This document shows, one piece after another, positions 9,451 to 18,721 of a stretch of DNA of 44,494 nt. Source of the stretch: a bacterium. Lineage in GTDB: Bacteria; Actinomycetota; Coriobacteriia; Coriobacteriales; Atopobiaceae. Made by a program: the position numbers and the translations under genes. The stretch spans positions 1 through 44,494 of the forward strand of contig CAVAUD010000002.1 of NCBI GenBank assembly GCA_963591565.1, in the 5' to 3' direction. The notes beneath the pieces are model-generated. The model was not told the DNA's origin, did no database searches, and saw nothing but the letters and a program-made list of their open reading frames with translations. The first letter of the stretch is position 1. The number at the start of each line of letters is the position of its first letter.

Positions 9451-10566
9451 TTACGCGTAAGCGGCCTTCTCCACTTGATTTGCCAGAGCAACGGCGGCGT
9501 TTGCCTGCCCCAGCGTCGCGGCCGCGTCGCGCATGGCCCGGCGCGCGTCGGCGTTGGTGAGAAGGTCGCGCAGCTTCGCGTCGAAGGCAGGGGTCTCGAG
9601 CTGGGCGTCGGTGAACATCACGGCGGCGCCGGCGTCGGTCAAGAAGCGCGCGTTGGTCGTCTGGTGGTCGGCCGTGGCGTGCGGGTACGGGACCAGGACC
9701 GAGGGGGCGCACAGGGCCGCGATCTCGGCGATCGAGGAGGCGCCGGCCCGCGAGAGGATGAGGTCGGCGGCGGCCAGGCAGTCGCCCATGTCGTCGATGT
9801 AGGAGACGAGCTTCCAGCGGCCCTTCTCGGCCTCTGTGAGGGCCAGGGCGGCCGCGGCGTCCTCGTAGCCGTCCTTGCCGGTCGACTGCACGACGTAGAG
9901 GTTGTCGATGGCGAGAAGCTCGCCCTTCAGGCGCGCCATGGCCTCGTTGATCGAGCGGGCGCCCAGAGAGCCGCCAAAGACGAGCAGCATCTCGGCGTCG
10001 GCCGGCACGCCCAGGGCGGCGCGGCCGCGCTCGGCGTCGCCGGCGATGACCGAGCGGCGCACGGGGTTGCCCGTCTCGACGATGGGCGCCTTGCCCTCGA
10101 AGGCGGCCGCCGCGGCCGGGACCGAGATGCAGACGGCGCGGGCGTGGTCGGCCATCATCTTGTTGGCCAGGCCCGGCACCGAGTTCTGCTCGTGCAGCAA
10201 ATAGGGCACGCGCGCGTCCTTGCACCAGCCGAGAAGGGCCACCTCGACGTAGGCGCCGAAGCCGATGGCGACGTCGGGGGCGCCCTCCTCCTTGAAGCGG
10301 CGGCCGAGGGCCTGCTTGGCTCGCCAGACCTGCCAAAGCGAGGTCGCGGCCGTCCAGGGGCGCGAGCGGTCGAAGCCCGAGACCTCGATGGGGATGAGCT
10401 CGAAGCCCGCCTGGGGGACGAGACGCCCCTCGAGGCGGCGGGTCTGCCCCACGAAGCGCACGTGGTGGCCGCGGTCGCGCAGCTCCTCGGCGAGCGCCAG
10501 CGCGGGGTTGATGTGGCCCGCGGTGCCGCCGGCGGCGATCACTACCTCAAGTTTCTTGGAAGCCAT
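9451..10566 (-). CDS. murG: Lipid II GlcNAc transferase MurG
   Basis: AGGTAGHINPA, HEQNSVPG, TGNPVR, FGGSLGA, SRAGASS, HQTTNA; real start ATG 10566 (MASKKLEV). Confidence 0.96.
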   Translation of the reverse strand: MASKKLEVVIAAGGTAGHINPALALAEELRDRGHHVRFVGQTRRLEGRLVPQAGFELIPIEVSGFDRSRPWTAATSLWQVWRAKQALGRRFKEEGAPDVAIGFGAYVEVALLGWCKDARVPYLLHEQNSVPGLANKMMADHARAVCISVPAAAAAFEGKAPIVETGNPVRRSVIAGDAERGRAALGVPADAEMLLVFGGSLGARSINEAMARLKGELLAIDNLYVVQSTGKDGYEDAAAALALTEAEKGRWKLVSYIDDMGDCLAAADLILSRAGASSIAEIAALCAPSVLVPYPHATADHQTTNARFLTDAGAAVMFTDAQLETPAFDAKLRDLLTNADARRAMRDAAATLGQANAAVALANQVEKAAYA

Positions 10567-10576
10567 GACGATGAGC

Positions 10577-12142
10577 CTACCTTCTCCTCTGAGGGCCCTG
10601 GTCGCGGCCGCGCAGGCGGTCGGTGGCAGAAGGGCCCAGGTCGATGCGCGAGCGGCCGTTGCTGCCCGAGCCGCCCAAGGGGGTCGAGCGCGGGCGGTTG
10701 CCCTGCTCGCGGGTGTTGCGGGCGGCGCGGGGCGCGCGACCTGCGCGGTCACGCTCGGCGCGGGGGCGCTCCTCTCCCCTGCCGCGGCCCTCGACCACGC
10801 GGAAACCCGAGGTCGCGCCGGCGCCGGAGACGTCCTGCTCGCCACGGCGAGAAGAACGCGGGGTCGGCTCGCCCACGAAGGACAGGCCCGGGTCGCCGGC
10901 GCCCTCGCTCACGCGAAGGCTCCTGCGGGCGCGGTCGTTCTCGGTCTCGGGCAGGGTCGAGTGCAGCGACACCGAGAGGATGACGCCCACCATGAGCAGG
11001 CTCGCGATGATCGACGAGCCGCCGTACGAGATGAAGGGGATCGGCTTTCCCGTCATGGGCATGATGCCGATGACGCCGCAGATGTTGACGAAGAGCTGGA
11101 TGGCCAGCATCGAGGTGCAGCCGGCCGCGATGAGGCGGCCCGAGAGGTCAGAGGCGTGGCGCGAGATCTCGAAGCCCGCCCAGACCAGGACCGCGAAGAG
11201 GACGAGAAGGCCAAGGGTGCCGACAAGGCCCAGCTCCTCTCCGATGATCGCGTAGATGAAGTCGTTGTGGGCCATGGGCAGATAGGCGTACTTTTGCTTG
11301 GAAAAGCCCAGGCCAACGCCAAAGATCCCGCCCGAGCCAAAGGCATAGAAGCCCTGGATGAGCTGGTAGCCGCTGTCAAGGGCGTCGCTCCAGGGGTCGA
11401 GCAAGATCATGATGCGGCTGCGCGAGTAGTCGTCTTTGAGGGCCAGGAACAAGAAGAGCACAAGGCCGATGCCCAGGATGAGAAAGAGCCAGGAGCGGTT
11501 GAGGCCGGCGAGATAGTACATGGCGAGAAGCGTCGCGCACACGATCATGGTCGTGCCCTTGTCGGGCTGGCCCAGAATCGCGGCCAGGGGAATACCGACG
11601 CCGATGAGCAGCAGCTTTATGAACTCGTGGTCGTCGACGCTTCGCTCCTCGTAGTAGCGCTGAGCGATCTCGGCGGCGCAGATGACGATGAAGATCTTGG
11701 CGAACTCCGAGGGCTGGAAGCCAAAGCCGCCGATGTTGATCCAGCGGCTGGCGCCGTAGGCGTCCTGGCTGGTGCCGGGCAAGAAGACCATCGCCAACGT
11801 CGCCATCACGGCGATCCAGAGAGGCTTCGCGAACGTCTTGGTCCAGGAGTGGTAGTCGAAGCGCGTGGCCACGACGGCCGCGACCAGGCCGAGAAGCGCG
11901 TAGCGCAGCTGGCTCTTGACGTGGTACATCGGGTCGTTGTTGTAGGTCGAGCTGGCAAGGTCGGTCATCGAGGACGCCGACCAGATCATGAGCAGGCCGA
12001 AGCACACCAGGATGGCCGTCACGGCGATCAAGATGACGCGCGGGCGCATGAAGCGCTCGGGCGTCGAGGCGATCGCGCGCTTGGCGCCGCGGGTGCCCTG
12101 GGCAGGCCGGCGGCGCTGCCCCTGTGCGATGGCGCGGGCCAC
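10577..12142 (-). CDS. ftsW: SEDS peptidoglycan polymerase FtsW
   Basis: GASRWI, FQPSEFAK, QPDKGT, GYQ, AHNDFIYAIIGEELG, PFISYGGSS; about 110-aa Arg-rich C-tail. Confidence 0.95.
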   Translation of the reverse strand: MARAIAQGQRRRPAQGTRGAKRAIASTPERFMRPRVILIAVTAILVCFGLLMIWSASSMTDLASSTYNNDPMYHVKSQLRYALLGLVAAVVATRFDYHSWTKTFAKPLWIAVMATLAMVFLPGTSQDAYGASRWINIGGFGFQPSEFAKIFIVICAAEIAQRYYEERSVDDHEFIKLLLIGVGIPLAAILGQPDKGTTMIVCATLLAMYYLAGLNRSWLFLILGIGLVLFLFLALKDDYSRSRIMILLDPWSDALDSGYQLIQGFYAFGSGGIFGVGLGFSKQKYAYLPMAHNDFIYAIIGEELGLVGTLGLLVLFAVLVWAGFEISRHASDLSGRLIAAGCTSMLAIQLFVNICGVIGIMPMTGKPIPFISYGGSSIIASLLMVGVILSVSLHSTLPETENDRARRSLRVSEGAGDPGLSFVGEPTPRSSRRGEQDVSGAGATSGFRVVEGRGRGEERPRAERDRAGRAPRAARNTREQGNRPRSTPLGGSGSNGRSRIDLGPSATDRLRGRDQGPQRRR

Positions 12143-12145
12143 GGG

Positions 12146-13630
12146 TTAAGCCTTGTCGCGGCCGAACTCGGCGGCCAGGGACTTGAAGAGGCGGCCGCGC
12201 TCGCCCATGTTGTTGAACTCGTCGAAGGACGAGCAGGCCGGCGAGAGGAGCACGGTGTCGCCGGGGCGGGCCGCGGCGACGGCGGCGTCGAAGGCCTCGC
12301 GCAGGTGCGCGGCCTCAATGACCTGCAGGTCGCAGGGGGTCTTCTCCTTTGCGGCAGAAAGAGAGGCGGCGATGCGCGGGCCGGCCTCGCCGTAGGCGAC
12401 GGCCACGCGGGCGCGCTCGCAGACGGCCGCGGAAAGCGACGTGAGGTCGGTCATCTTGTCGTGGCCGCCCAGCAAAACGACGATCGTGCCGGCGTCGAAG
12501 GCCGTCAGGGCCTTCTCGACAGAGTCGGTGTTGGTGGCCTTGGAGTCGTTCACGAAGTGGATGCCCGCGAAGGTGCCGCAGGGCTCGATGCGGTGCTCGA
12601 TGGGGTTGAAACTGAGAAGGGCGTCAGCGATGACCTGGGCATCGACGCCCAAGAAGAGGGCCATCGCGCTCGCGGCGAGGGCGTTTTGCCAGTTGTGGCG
12701 GCCCTTGATGGCGAGGTCGGCTGCGGCGCCGAGGGGCGTCTCCACCCCGGCGAGACGAACGACGAGCTGGCCGTCGCGGACAAAGGCGGCGTTAGGTGCG
12801 GCGGGCTCGCAGGTCACCGAGAGCTCGCAGACGCGCACGCCTCGGGCGGCCACGCGCGACGCCGCGGCGCGGCAGAAGTCGTCGTCGACAGAAATAACGG
12901 CCAGGTCAGAGGCGCCCATGTTGGCAAAGACGCGCTCCTTGGCCTTTGCGTAGGCCTCCATCGAGCCGTGCCACTCGACGTGGTCGGGCGTGATGTTGAG
13001 AAGGACGGCCGCGCGGGGGCGCAGGTACTTGGTGGTCGCCAGCTGGAAGCTCGAGAGCTCGGCCACGAACCAGTTGTTCTCGGCGCGGCTCTCCAGCTGA
13101 GAAGTGACGATGGTGCCGATGTTGCCCACGGCGGTGGCGTCCAGGCCGGCGGCACCCAGGAGGTGGGCCGTCAGCTTGGTCGTGGTGGTCTTGCCGTTGG
13201 TGCCGGTGATGGCGACCCAGTTCGCGGGACTCTCGCGCCAGGCGAACTCGGGCTCGCCGATGACCTCGGCGGCGTGGGCGCGCGCGGCGGCGAAGAAGTC
13301 GCTGAACTCAGAGATGCCGGGAGAAACGACGGCCAGGTCAAAGGTGCCGTCGATCTTCTCGGTGCCAAGGCGGCAGTCGACGCCGGCGGCCTCGAGCTCG
13401 CGGGAGAGGTCGCCCTCGGCGCTCGCCGCGCCGCCGAACAGGGTCACGCTCGAGACGCGGCCGCCCAGCTGGTGGGCAAGGTAGCGGCAGACGGCGGCAC
13501 CCGTGCCGCCCATGCCCAGGACGCAGACGTCGCCCAGGCAGGCCGGGGCCGCGGGGACGGCAGCGGCCGCGCCGGCGGCCGGCGCGGTCTTCTCGCCAAA
13601 TTCCACGTTGTTCGAATCAGTGCAGGTCAT
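12146..13630 (-). CDS. murD: UDP-MurNAc-L-Ala--D-glutamate ligase
   Basis: VSPGI, ITGTNGKTTT, ELSSFQL, NITPDH, NDSKATN, LSPACSSFD. Confidence 0.97.
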   Translation of the reverse strand: MTCTDSNNVEFGEKTAPAAGAAAAVPAAPACLGDVCVLGMGGTGAAVCRYLAHQLGGRVSSVTLFGGAASAEGDLSRELEAAGVDCRLGTEKIDGTFDLAVVSPGISEFSDFFAAARAHAAEVIGEPEFAWRESPANWVAITGTNGKTTTTKLTAHLLGAAGLDATAVGNIGTIVTSQLESRAENNWFVAELSSFQLATTKYLRPRAAVLLNITPDHVEWHGSMEAYAKAKERVFANMGASDLAVISVDDDFCRAAASRVAARGVRVCELSVTCEPAAPNAAFVRDGQLVVRLAGVETPLGAAADLAIKGRHNWQNALAASAMALFLGVDAQVIADALLSFNPIEHRIEPCGTFAGIHFVNDSKATNTDSVEKALTAFDAGTIVVLLGGHDKMTDLTSLSAAVCERARVAVAYGEAGPRIAASLSAAKEKTPCDLQVIEAAHLREAFDAAVAAARPGDTVLLSPACSSFDEFNNMGERGRLFKSLAAEFGRDKA

Positions 13631-13644
13631 GAGGCTAAAACTCC

Positions 13645-14676
13645 CTAGCCGAGCTGAAAATACAGGGCAAAGCCGAGGGCCGCGAAGGCCGCCGAGACGA
13701 TCCAGAAGCGCGTGACGACCTTGGTCTCGGCCCAGCCCTTCTTCTCGAAGTGGTGGTGCAGCGGCGCCATGAGGAAGACGCGCTTGCCCGTGGCCTTGAA
13801 GCTCACGACCTGGATCATGACCGAGAGGGCCTCGCAGACGAAGAGGCCGCCCATGATGAGGGCCGTGACCTCGGTCTTCGTGAGGATCGCGAGGGCGGCC
13901 AGGGCCGCGCCCAGGGCAAGAGAGCCCGTGTCGCCCATGAAGATGCTCGCGGGGTAGCAGTTGTGCCAGAGGAAGCCCACGCAGGCGCCGGCGATCGAGG
14001 CGGCAAAGATCGCGAGGTTAACCTCGTCGTAGCGGTAGGCAACCATGGCCATGACGAGCATGACCACCATCGCGCAGCCGCCGGCCAGGCCGTCGAGGCC
14101 GTCGGTGAGGTTCACGGCGTTGGAAAGGCCCGCCATGAGGAGGAAGACGAAGATGAGATAGAGCCAGGGCACGGTGACGTCGACGCCGCCAACCGTGAAG
14201 GTCGTCGAGAGAACGCCCAGGTCAATGGCGAAGCCGCCGGGGAAGCGCACCGAGGCGTCGATACCCACCCAGTTGACGGCCAGAAGGCAGAACGCGACCG
14301 AGATCGCGATGAGGCCCACCATCTTCTGCGACGGCGTGAGGCCCAGCGAGCGCTTGTGCGCGACGGACTCGACGTCGTCGAGCAGGCCCAGCGAGCCCGT
14401 GACCAGGGTCACGACGACGGCCAGGGTGAGGTCGGCCGTCCACTTGGCGAGAAGCGCGCAGGTGACGACGACGCCCAGCAAGATGACGAGGCCGCCCATC
14501 GTGGGCGTGCCCTCCTTGATGAGGTGGCGCTGCGGGCCGTCGACGCGGATCTTCTGGCCCACGTGGTACTTGTGCATGGCCGCGATCAGCACCGGCATCA
14601 GGGCGGCCGTGATCAAAGCCGAGATAAGGATGGCGAGAAACACCTGGTAGGTGGGGTATGCGGGATTGCCAATCAC
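13645..14676 (-). CDS. mraY: Phospho-MurNAc-pentapeptide transferase
   Basis: KEGTPTMGG, LLDD, NAVNLTDGLDGL, FMGDTGS, MAPLHHHFE; start GTG 14676 overlaps the murF stop. Confidence 0.96.
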   Translation of the reverse strand: MIGNPAYPTYQVFLAILISALITAALMPVLIAAMHKYHVGQKIRVDGPQRHLIKEGTPTMGGLVILLGVVVTCALLAKWTADLTLAVVVTLVTGSLGLLDDVESVAHKRSLGLTPSQKMVGLIAISVAFCLLAVNWVGIDASVRFPGGFAIDLGVLSTTFTVGGVDVTVPWLYLIFVFLLMAGLSNAVNLTDGLDGLAGGCAMVVMLVMAMVAYRYDEVNLAIFAASIAGACVGFLWHNCYPASIFMGDTGSLALGAALAALAILTKTEVTALIMGGLFVCEALSVMIQVVSFKATGKRVFLMAPLHHHFEKKGWAETKVVTRFWIVSAAFAALGFALYFQLG

Positions 14677-16112
14677 TTGGCAAGCACCTCCTTGGCAAAG
14701 CGGTCGAGACCTGCGGCGCGGCTGGCCTTGACCAGCACGGTGTCGCCCGCCTCGAGGATCGGGGCCATGACGCGCGAAGCGTCCTCTACTGTAGCAAAGA
14801 GCTGGATAGCGTCCTCCGAGAAGCCCATGGTACGGGCCGCCTCGGCCATCTCGCCGGCCAGGTCGCCACCAATAAAGACCAGCATATCGAGGGGTTTTGC
14901 GGCGGCATAGGCGCCGATGTAGCCGTGAAGGCGACGCTCCTCGTCGCCCAGCTCGCCCACCTCGCCCAAGACGGCGACGCGGCGGCCGGAGCACTCCATC
15001 TGGCACAGGACGTCGAGCGCCGCCGCGATGGAGTTGGGGGCGGCGTTGTAGGAGTCGTCGATCACGCGCACGCCGGAGGCCGAGGTCGAGACCTCGAGGC
15101 GCATGCCGGTCATCTTCATCGACTCGATGGCCGCGCAGGCAAGGTCGCGGTCGGCGCCCGCCTTCCAGAGGCAGCCCAGGGCGAGAAGGAAGTCCTCGAC
15201 GGCCTTCTTGCCGGGGACGTTGAGGTGCACGCGGCGGCTCCAGCCGTCGGCGCAGCGGGCCTCGAAGACGGGGGTGCCGTCGGCGTCGAGGGCAAGGTCG
15301 GCGGCCTGCACGTCGTCTGCGGCCCCTGTGCCGGCGAGAAGGACGTCGACGCCCGCGGGCGCCGCGTACTTCTCGGCGATGAAGGCGGTGAAGTCGTTAG
15401 CGCTGGTCAAGGCCAGGGTGGCCGGGATGCCCTCGTGCGGGGCCAGGCCGCCCACGATCTCTGCCTTGGCGCGGGCGATGCCCTCGCGCGAGCCGAGCAG
15501 GCCCACGTGGCTCGTGCCCACGTTGGTGATGATGCCCAGGCACGGCTTTGCGACCGCGACCAGGCGCTCGATCTCGTGGAAGTGGTTCATGCCCAGCTCG
15601 CAGACCATGACCTCGGTGCCCAAAGGCGCAGACAGGATGGTCAGCGGCAGGCCGATCAGGTTGTTGAGGTTGGCGGGCGTCGCGTGGGTCGCGGCGACGG
15701 CCCCAAAGCCCGCGCGCAGCATGTCCTTCGTGGTGGTCTTGCCCACAGAGCCGGTCACGCCAACGACCAGCCACTCGGGGTGGGCGTCTCGCCAGGCGCC
15801 GGCCAGGGAAAGAAGGAAGGCCTCGCAGTCGTCGTCCGCGGCGCGCACGACGCTGGCGCCGGCCTCGGCGGCGTGGGCCAGGGTCTTCTCCCCCACCTCG
15901 GCGGAGGCGACGAGAAGGGCCGCGCCGGCGTCGATGGCGGAGTCGAGGTACGCGTTGCCGTCGACCTTCTCGCCGACAAAGGCGACAAAGGTCGAGCCCG
16001 GCTCGACGCGGCGAGAATCGATGACGGCGTCGCCCGCGATGGCGCGATCACCCTCGACGAGCAGCTGTGCGTTTGTGGCGGCAACGACCGCCTGCGGACT
16101 CATCTTGAACAA
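14673..16112 (-). CDS. murF: UDP-MurNAc-tripeptide--D-Ala-D-Ala ligase
   Basis: IDSR, VTGSVGKTTTK, NLNNLIGLP, ELGMNH, DDSYNAAP, VKASR. Confidence 0.95.
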   Translation of the reverse strand: MFKMSPQAVVAATNAQLLVEGDRAIAGDAVIDSRRVEPGSTFVAFVGEKVDGNAYLDSAIDAGAALLVASAEVGEKTLAHAAEAGASVVRAADDDCEAFLLSLAGAWRDAHPEWLVVGVTGSVGKTTTKDMLRAGFGAVAATHATPANLNNLIGLPLTILSAPLGTEVMVCELGMNHFHEIERLVAVAKPCLGIITNVGTSHVGLLGSREGIARAKAEIVGGLAPHEGIPATLALTSANDFTAFIAEKYAAPAGVDVLLAGTGAADDVQAADLALDADGTPVFEARCADGWSRRVHLNVPGKKAVEDFLLALGCLWKAGADRDLACAAIESMKMTGMRLEVSTSASGVRVIDDSYNAAPNSIAAALDVLCQMECSGRRVAVLGEVGELGDEERRLHGYIGAYAAAKPLDMLVFIGGDLAGEMAEAARTMGFSEDAIQLFATVEDASRVMAPILEAGDTVLVKASRAAGLDRFAKEVLAK

Positions 16113-16127
16113 ATCGACTCACCAATC

Positions 16128-17906
16128 CTATTGCGTCGGGGCGATACCGAGCGTGGTGACCGCCTTCTGCATGACGTCGTGGAACACGTTGGCGGCACTG
16201 GCGCTCGCGAGGTGCGCGGTGCCGTTGAGGCCGGTGTAGACCAGGACCTCGGGGTTGTCGGCGTTGGCGAAGCCGCACAGGGACGCCACGAAGTTGTACT
16301 CCTCGTAGCCCTCGCTCGAGGCCTGCTCGCCCGTGCCGGTCTTGCCGGCGATGTCGTAGCCCTCGACCTGGCCGTTGGTGCCGGTGCCCTCCTGCATGAC
16401 GGTGCGCATCATGTCGGTCACCTGGTCGGCCGTCTCCTTCGAGATGATCTGCTCGCCTGCCGGCCAGCTGACCTCCTCGCCGCCCTTGGAGACGAGGAAG
16501 TGCGGGGTGTTGGGCACGCCGTCGTTCGCCACGGCGGCGAAGGCGCGCACGATCTGGACCATGGGGATGGCCAGGCCCTGGCCAAACGACATCGAGCCCA
16601 GGGTCGAGCCGTCGTACTTGGACAGCGGCCTCACGATACCCGCGGCCTCACCGGGGAAATCGATGCCCGTGGTGTGGCCGATGCCGAACTTGTCGACGCC
16701 CGCCGCGAAGGTCGTCGCGCCGATGACGTCCTGGGCCAGCGTGGACATGGCGACGTTGGACGAGCGGCGCAGCATCTCGCGCACGGTCATGTCCATCGTG
16801 TAGTCGCGCGCGTCGTCGGTGTCGTAGACGTAGTCGTCGCCGACCTTGACCGAGACGGGGATCGTGTAGACGCTCTCGGGCGTGAACAGGCCGTTCTCGA
16901 TGCCGATCGAGGTGGTCAAGATCTTGAAGACCGAGCCGGGCTCGTAGGAGTCGGTCACGAGCTTGAGGTTCAGGCTCGAGACGTCCGTGATGTTGGAGAA
17001 GTCCGGCATCGGCGTCGAGCAGGCGGCGTAGATCTCGCCGGTCTTGGGGTTGGTGACCATGACCGAGCCGGAGTTGGAGCCGTAGGTCTCGATGGCGTCG
17101 GTGATGATCTGCTCGACCTCCTGCTGCAGGTCGATGTCGATCGAAAGGACGATGTCGGTGCCGTCCTTGGCCTCCTCGACGTAGCTGGCGCCGCTGGCCA
17201 TGGGAGAGCCGCCGGCGCCGGCCTCGTAGATCTTGGTGCCGTCGGTGCCGGTCAGGGTCTCGTTGTAGTAGTACTCGAGGCCAGAAAGGGCCGTCCCGTC
17301 GGAGTTGACGTAGCCGATGAGCTGGGCACAGCTCGAGCCGTAGGGATAGACGCGCTTGGTGTTGGAGTTGTAGTAGATGCCGATCATGTCCTTCTCGGCC
17401 AGACGGCTCTTGAGCTCGTCTGCCACCGAGTCGTCGACCTGCGAGGCGAGAAGGGCGTAGCGAGAATCGCGCGAGAGCTTCTCCTCATAGGTGGCCTGGT
17501 CGCCGCCGAGGACCTCGACCAAGATCTTGGCCATGGCGGTGACGTCGTCGACCTGCTGGGGATCGGCGACGATGTCCTTGCAGTCGACGCTCATGGCGAG
17601 CACGTTGCCGTTGCGGTCGTAGATCGTGCCGCGCTTGGCGTGGATGGCGACGGTGTTGGTGTGGCTCTCGGCGGCCTTGGTAGAGAGGTTGCCGGCATCG
17701 ACGACCTGCAACCAGATGAGGCGCAGGCACACGAACAGGGCGAAGGCGCCCAGAACAATGAAGATGCGCTCGGGATTGCCCTCGGGGCCAAAGAACCTGC
17801 CCGAGCTGGCGTTTCTTATCTGCCTACGCGAACGAGAAGCCTCGTCATACGAGGCTTCCGAGAAAGTACGGTGCCGCTGAGGGCGTTGTCTATTATTCCT
17901 TGCCAC
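16128..17906 (-). CDS. ftsI: Class B PBP, septal transpeptidase FtsI
   Basis: KRGTIYDRNG, RVYP, GLE, SxxK (SVFK), SxN (SSN), KTG (KTGT); no PASTA repeats visible. Confidence 0.93.
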   Translation of the reverse strand: MARNNRQRPQRHRTFSEASYDEASRSRRQIRNASSGRFFGPEGNPERIFIVLGAFALFVCLRLIWLQVVDAGNLSTKAAESHTNTVAIHAKRGTIYDRNGNVLAMSVDCKDIVADPQQVDDVTAMAKILVEVLGGDQATYEEKLSRDSRYALLASQVDDSVADELKSRLAEKDMIGIYYNSNTKRVYPYGSSCAQLIGYVNSDGTALSGLEYYYNETLTGTDGTKIYEAGAGGSPMASGASYVEEAKDGTDIVLSIDIDLQQEVEQIITDAIETYGSNSGSVMVTNPKTGEIYAACSTPMPDFSNITDVSSLNLKLVTDSYEPGSVFKILTTSIGIENGLFTPESVYTIPVSVKVGDDYVYDTDDARDYTMDMTVREMLRRSSNVAMSTLAQDVIGATTFAAGVDKFGIGHTTGIDFPGEAAGIVRPLSKYDGSTLGSMSFGQGLAIPMVQIVRAFAAVANDGVPNTPHFLVSKGGEEVSWPAGEQIISKETADQVTDMMRTVMQEGTGTNGQVEGYDIAGKTGTGEQASSEGYEEYNFVASLCGFANADNPEVLVYTGLNGTAHLASASAANVFHDVMQKAVTTLGIAPTQ

Positions 17907-17915
17907 GACACCAGT

Positions 17916-18458
17916 TTACCCTTCGGGCACGGGCAGGACCTGCGCGTCGCTGGACTGCGCAGCATCAACATCAGACTGGGTGGTGGCGGCGGCCGCGGCG
18001 GACTCGTCGGCAGCGGCGTCGGAAGATGCAGCGTCGGCAGAGGCGTCCTCGGTGATGTTGACGCTCATGGTCTCGCCGCTAAAGACCATCCCGTAGTTCT
18101 GGGTGGCGATGCGGCCGATGCGGGTGCTGCTCGAAAGGACGGAGCGCTCGATCTTGAGCTCGTCGTTCAAGCTCTGGGCCTCCGAGACCTCGGTGCGCAG
18201 CGTCGCGTTGGCGCGCAGGGCCGAAACAGCGGCCGTCGAGAGCACGACGCGCACGGCGCCGACGACGAGAAGCGCGAGGGCGATGGAGCATACCACGGCC
18301 ACGCGGACAAGGAACTCATGGGAGACGCCGCGACGGGCCTGGGCGTCGAGACCGCCACCGGAGACGACCTCAAGAGACGGCGCGGCCTGCCTTTGTTGGC
18401 GAGCACGCCTCCTCTCGGCGTACTCCAGATCAATTGCCTCGGAACCCTGGTACCTCAT
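17916..18458 (-). CDS. ftsL: FtsL-like cell division protein
   Basis: Single TM then a short coiled coil ending LSSSTRIGRIATQNYGM; between rsmH and ftsI; start ATG 18458 inferred. Confidence 0.8.
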   Translation of the reverse strand: MRYQGSEAIDLEYAERRRARQQRQAAPSLEVVSGGGLDAQARRGVSHEFLVRVAVVCSIALALLVVGAVRVVLSTAAVSALRANATLRTEVSEAQSLNDELKIERSVLSSSTRIGRIATQNYGMVFSGETMSVNITEDASADAASSDAAADESAAAAATTQSDVDAAQSSDAQVLPVPEG

Positions 18459-18721
18459 GTGAAACTCGCTATCCCCTCTAGGAGAACCCATAGCTGTTGA
18501 TAAAAACATGGCAGGTACGCTGGGAACTTGAAGGTTACTTCAAGGTTTCCTTCAAGTTATGGTTGAGCGACCTTAAGACTTACTGCAGTGTTGGTTGATA
18601 CTTCGTTGATGGTTCGATGGTGGTGCGTTTAGAGTGCGTTTTAGTTCGTTTTTGGTACATAGGTAGTGCGTCTTAAGGCTCCCATATGCAGACAGCCTTA
18701 CGGCTGGCTGTAACGAGTTCG

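Noticed and set aside
5765..12142. Long low-complexity tails on FtsQ and FtsW (also MltG, SepF, NusB)
   Set aside because: Common in actinobacterial envelope and division proteins; not frameshift artefacts
9451..15006. ORF-track N-terminal extensions of murG and mraY (also aroB, aroK, ftsZ, rsmH)
   Set aside because: They mostly overlap upstream genes or promoter DNA; downstream starts with RBS or translational coupling fit better
10265..18500. Very long plus-strand ORFs (1127 aa, 1280 aa; also 22238-23908, 30927-33488, 37093-39222)
   Set aside because: Antisense shadows of high-GC3 housekeeping genes; no recognisable motifs or RBS
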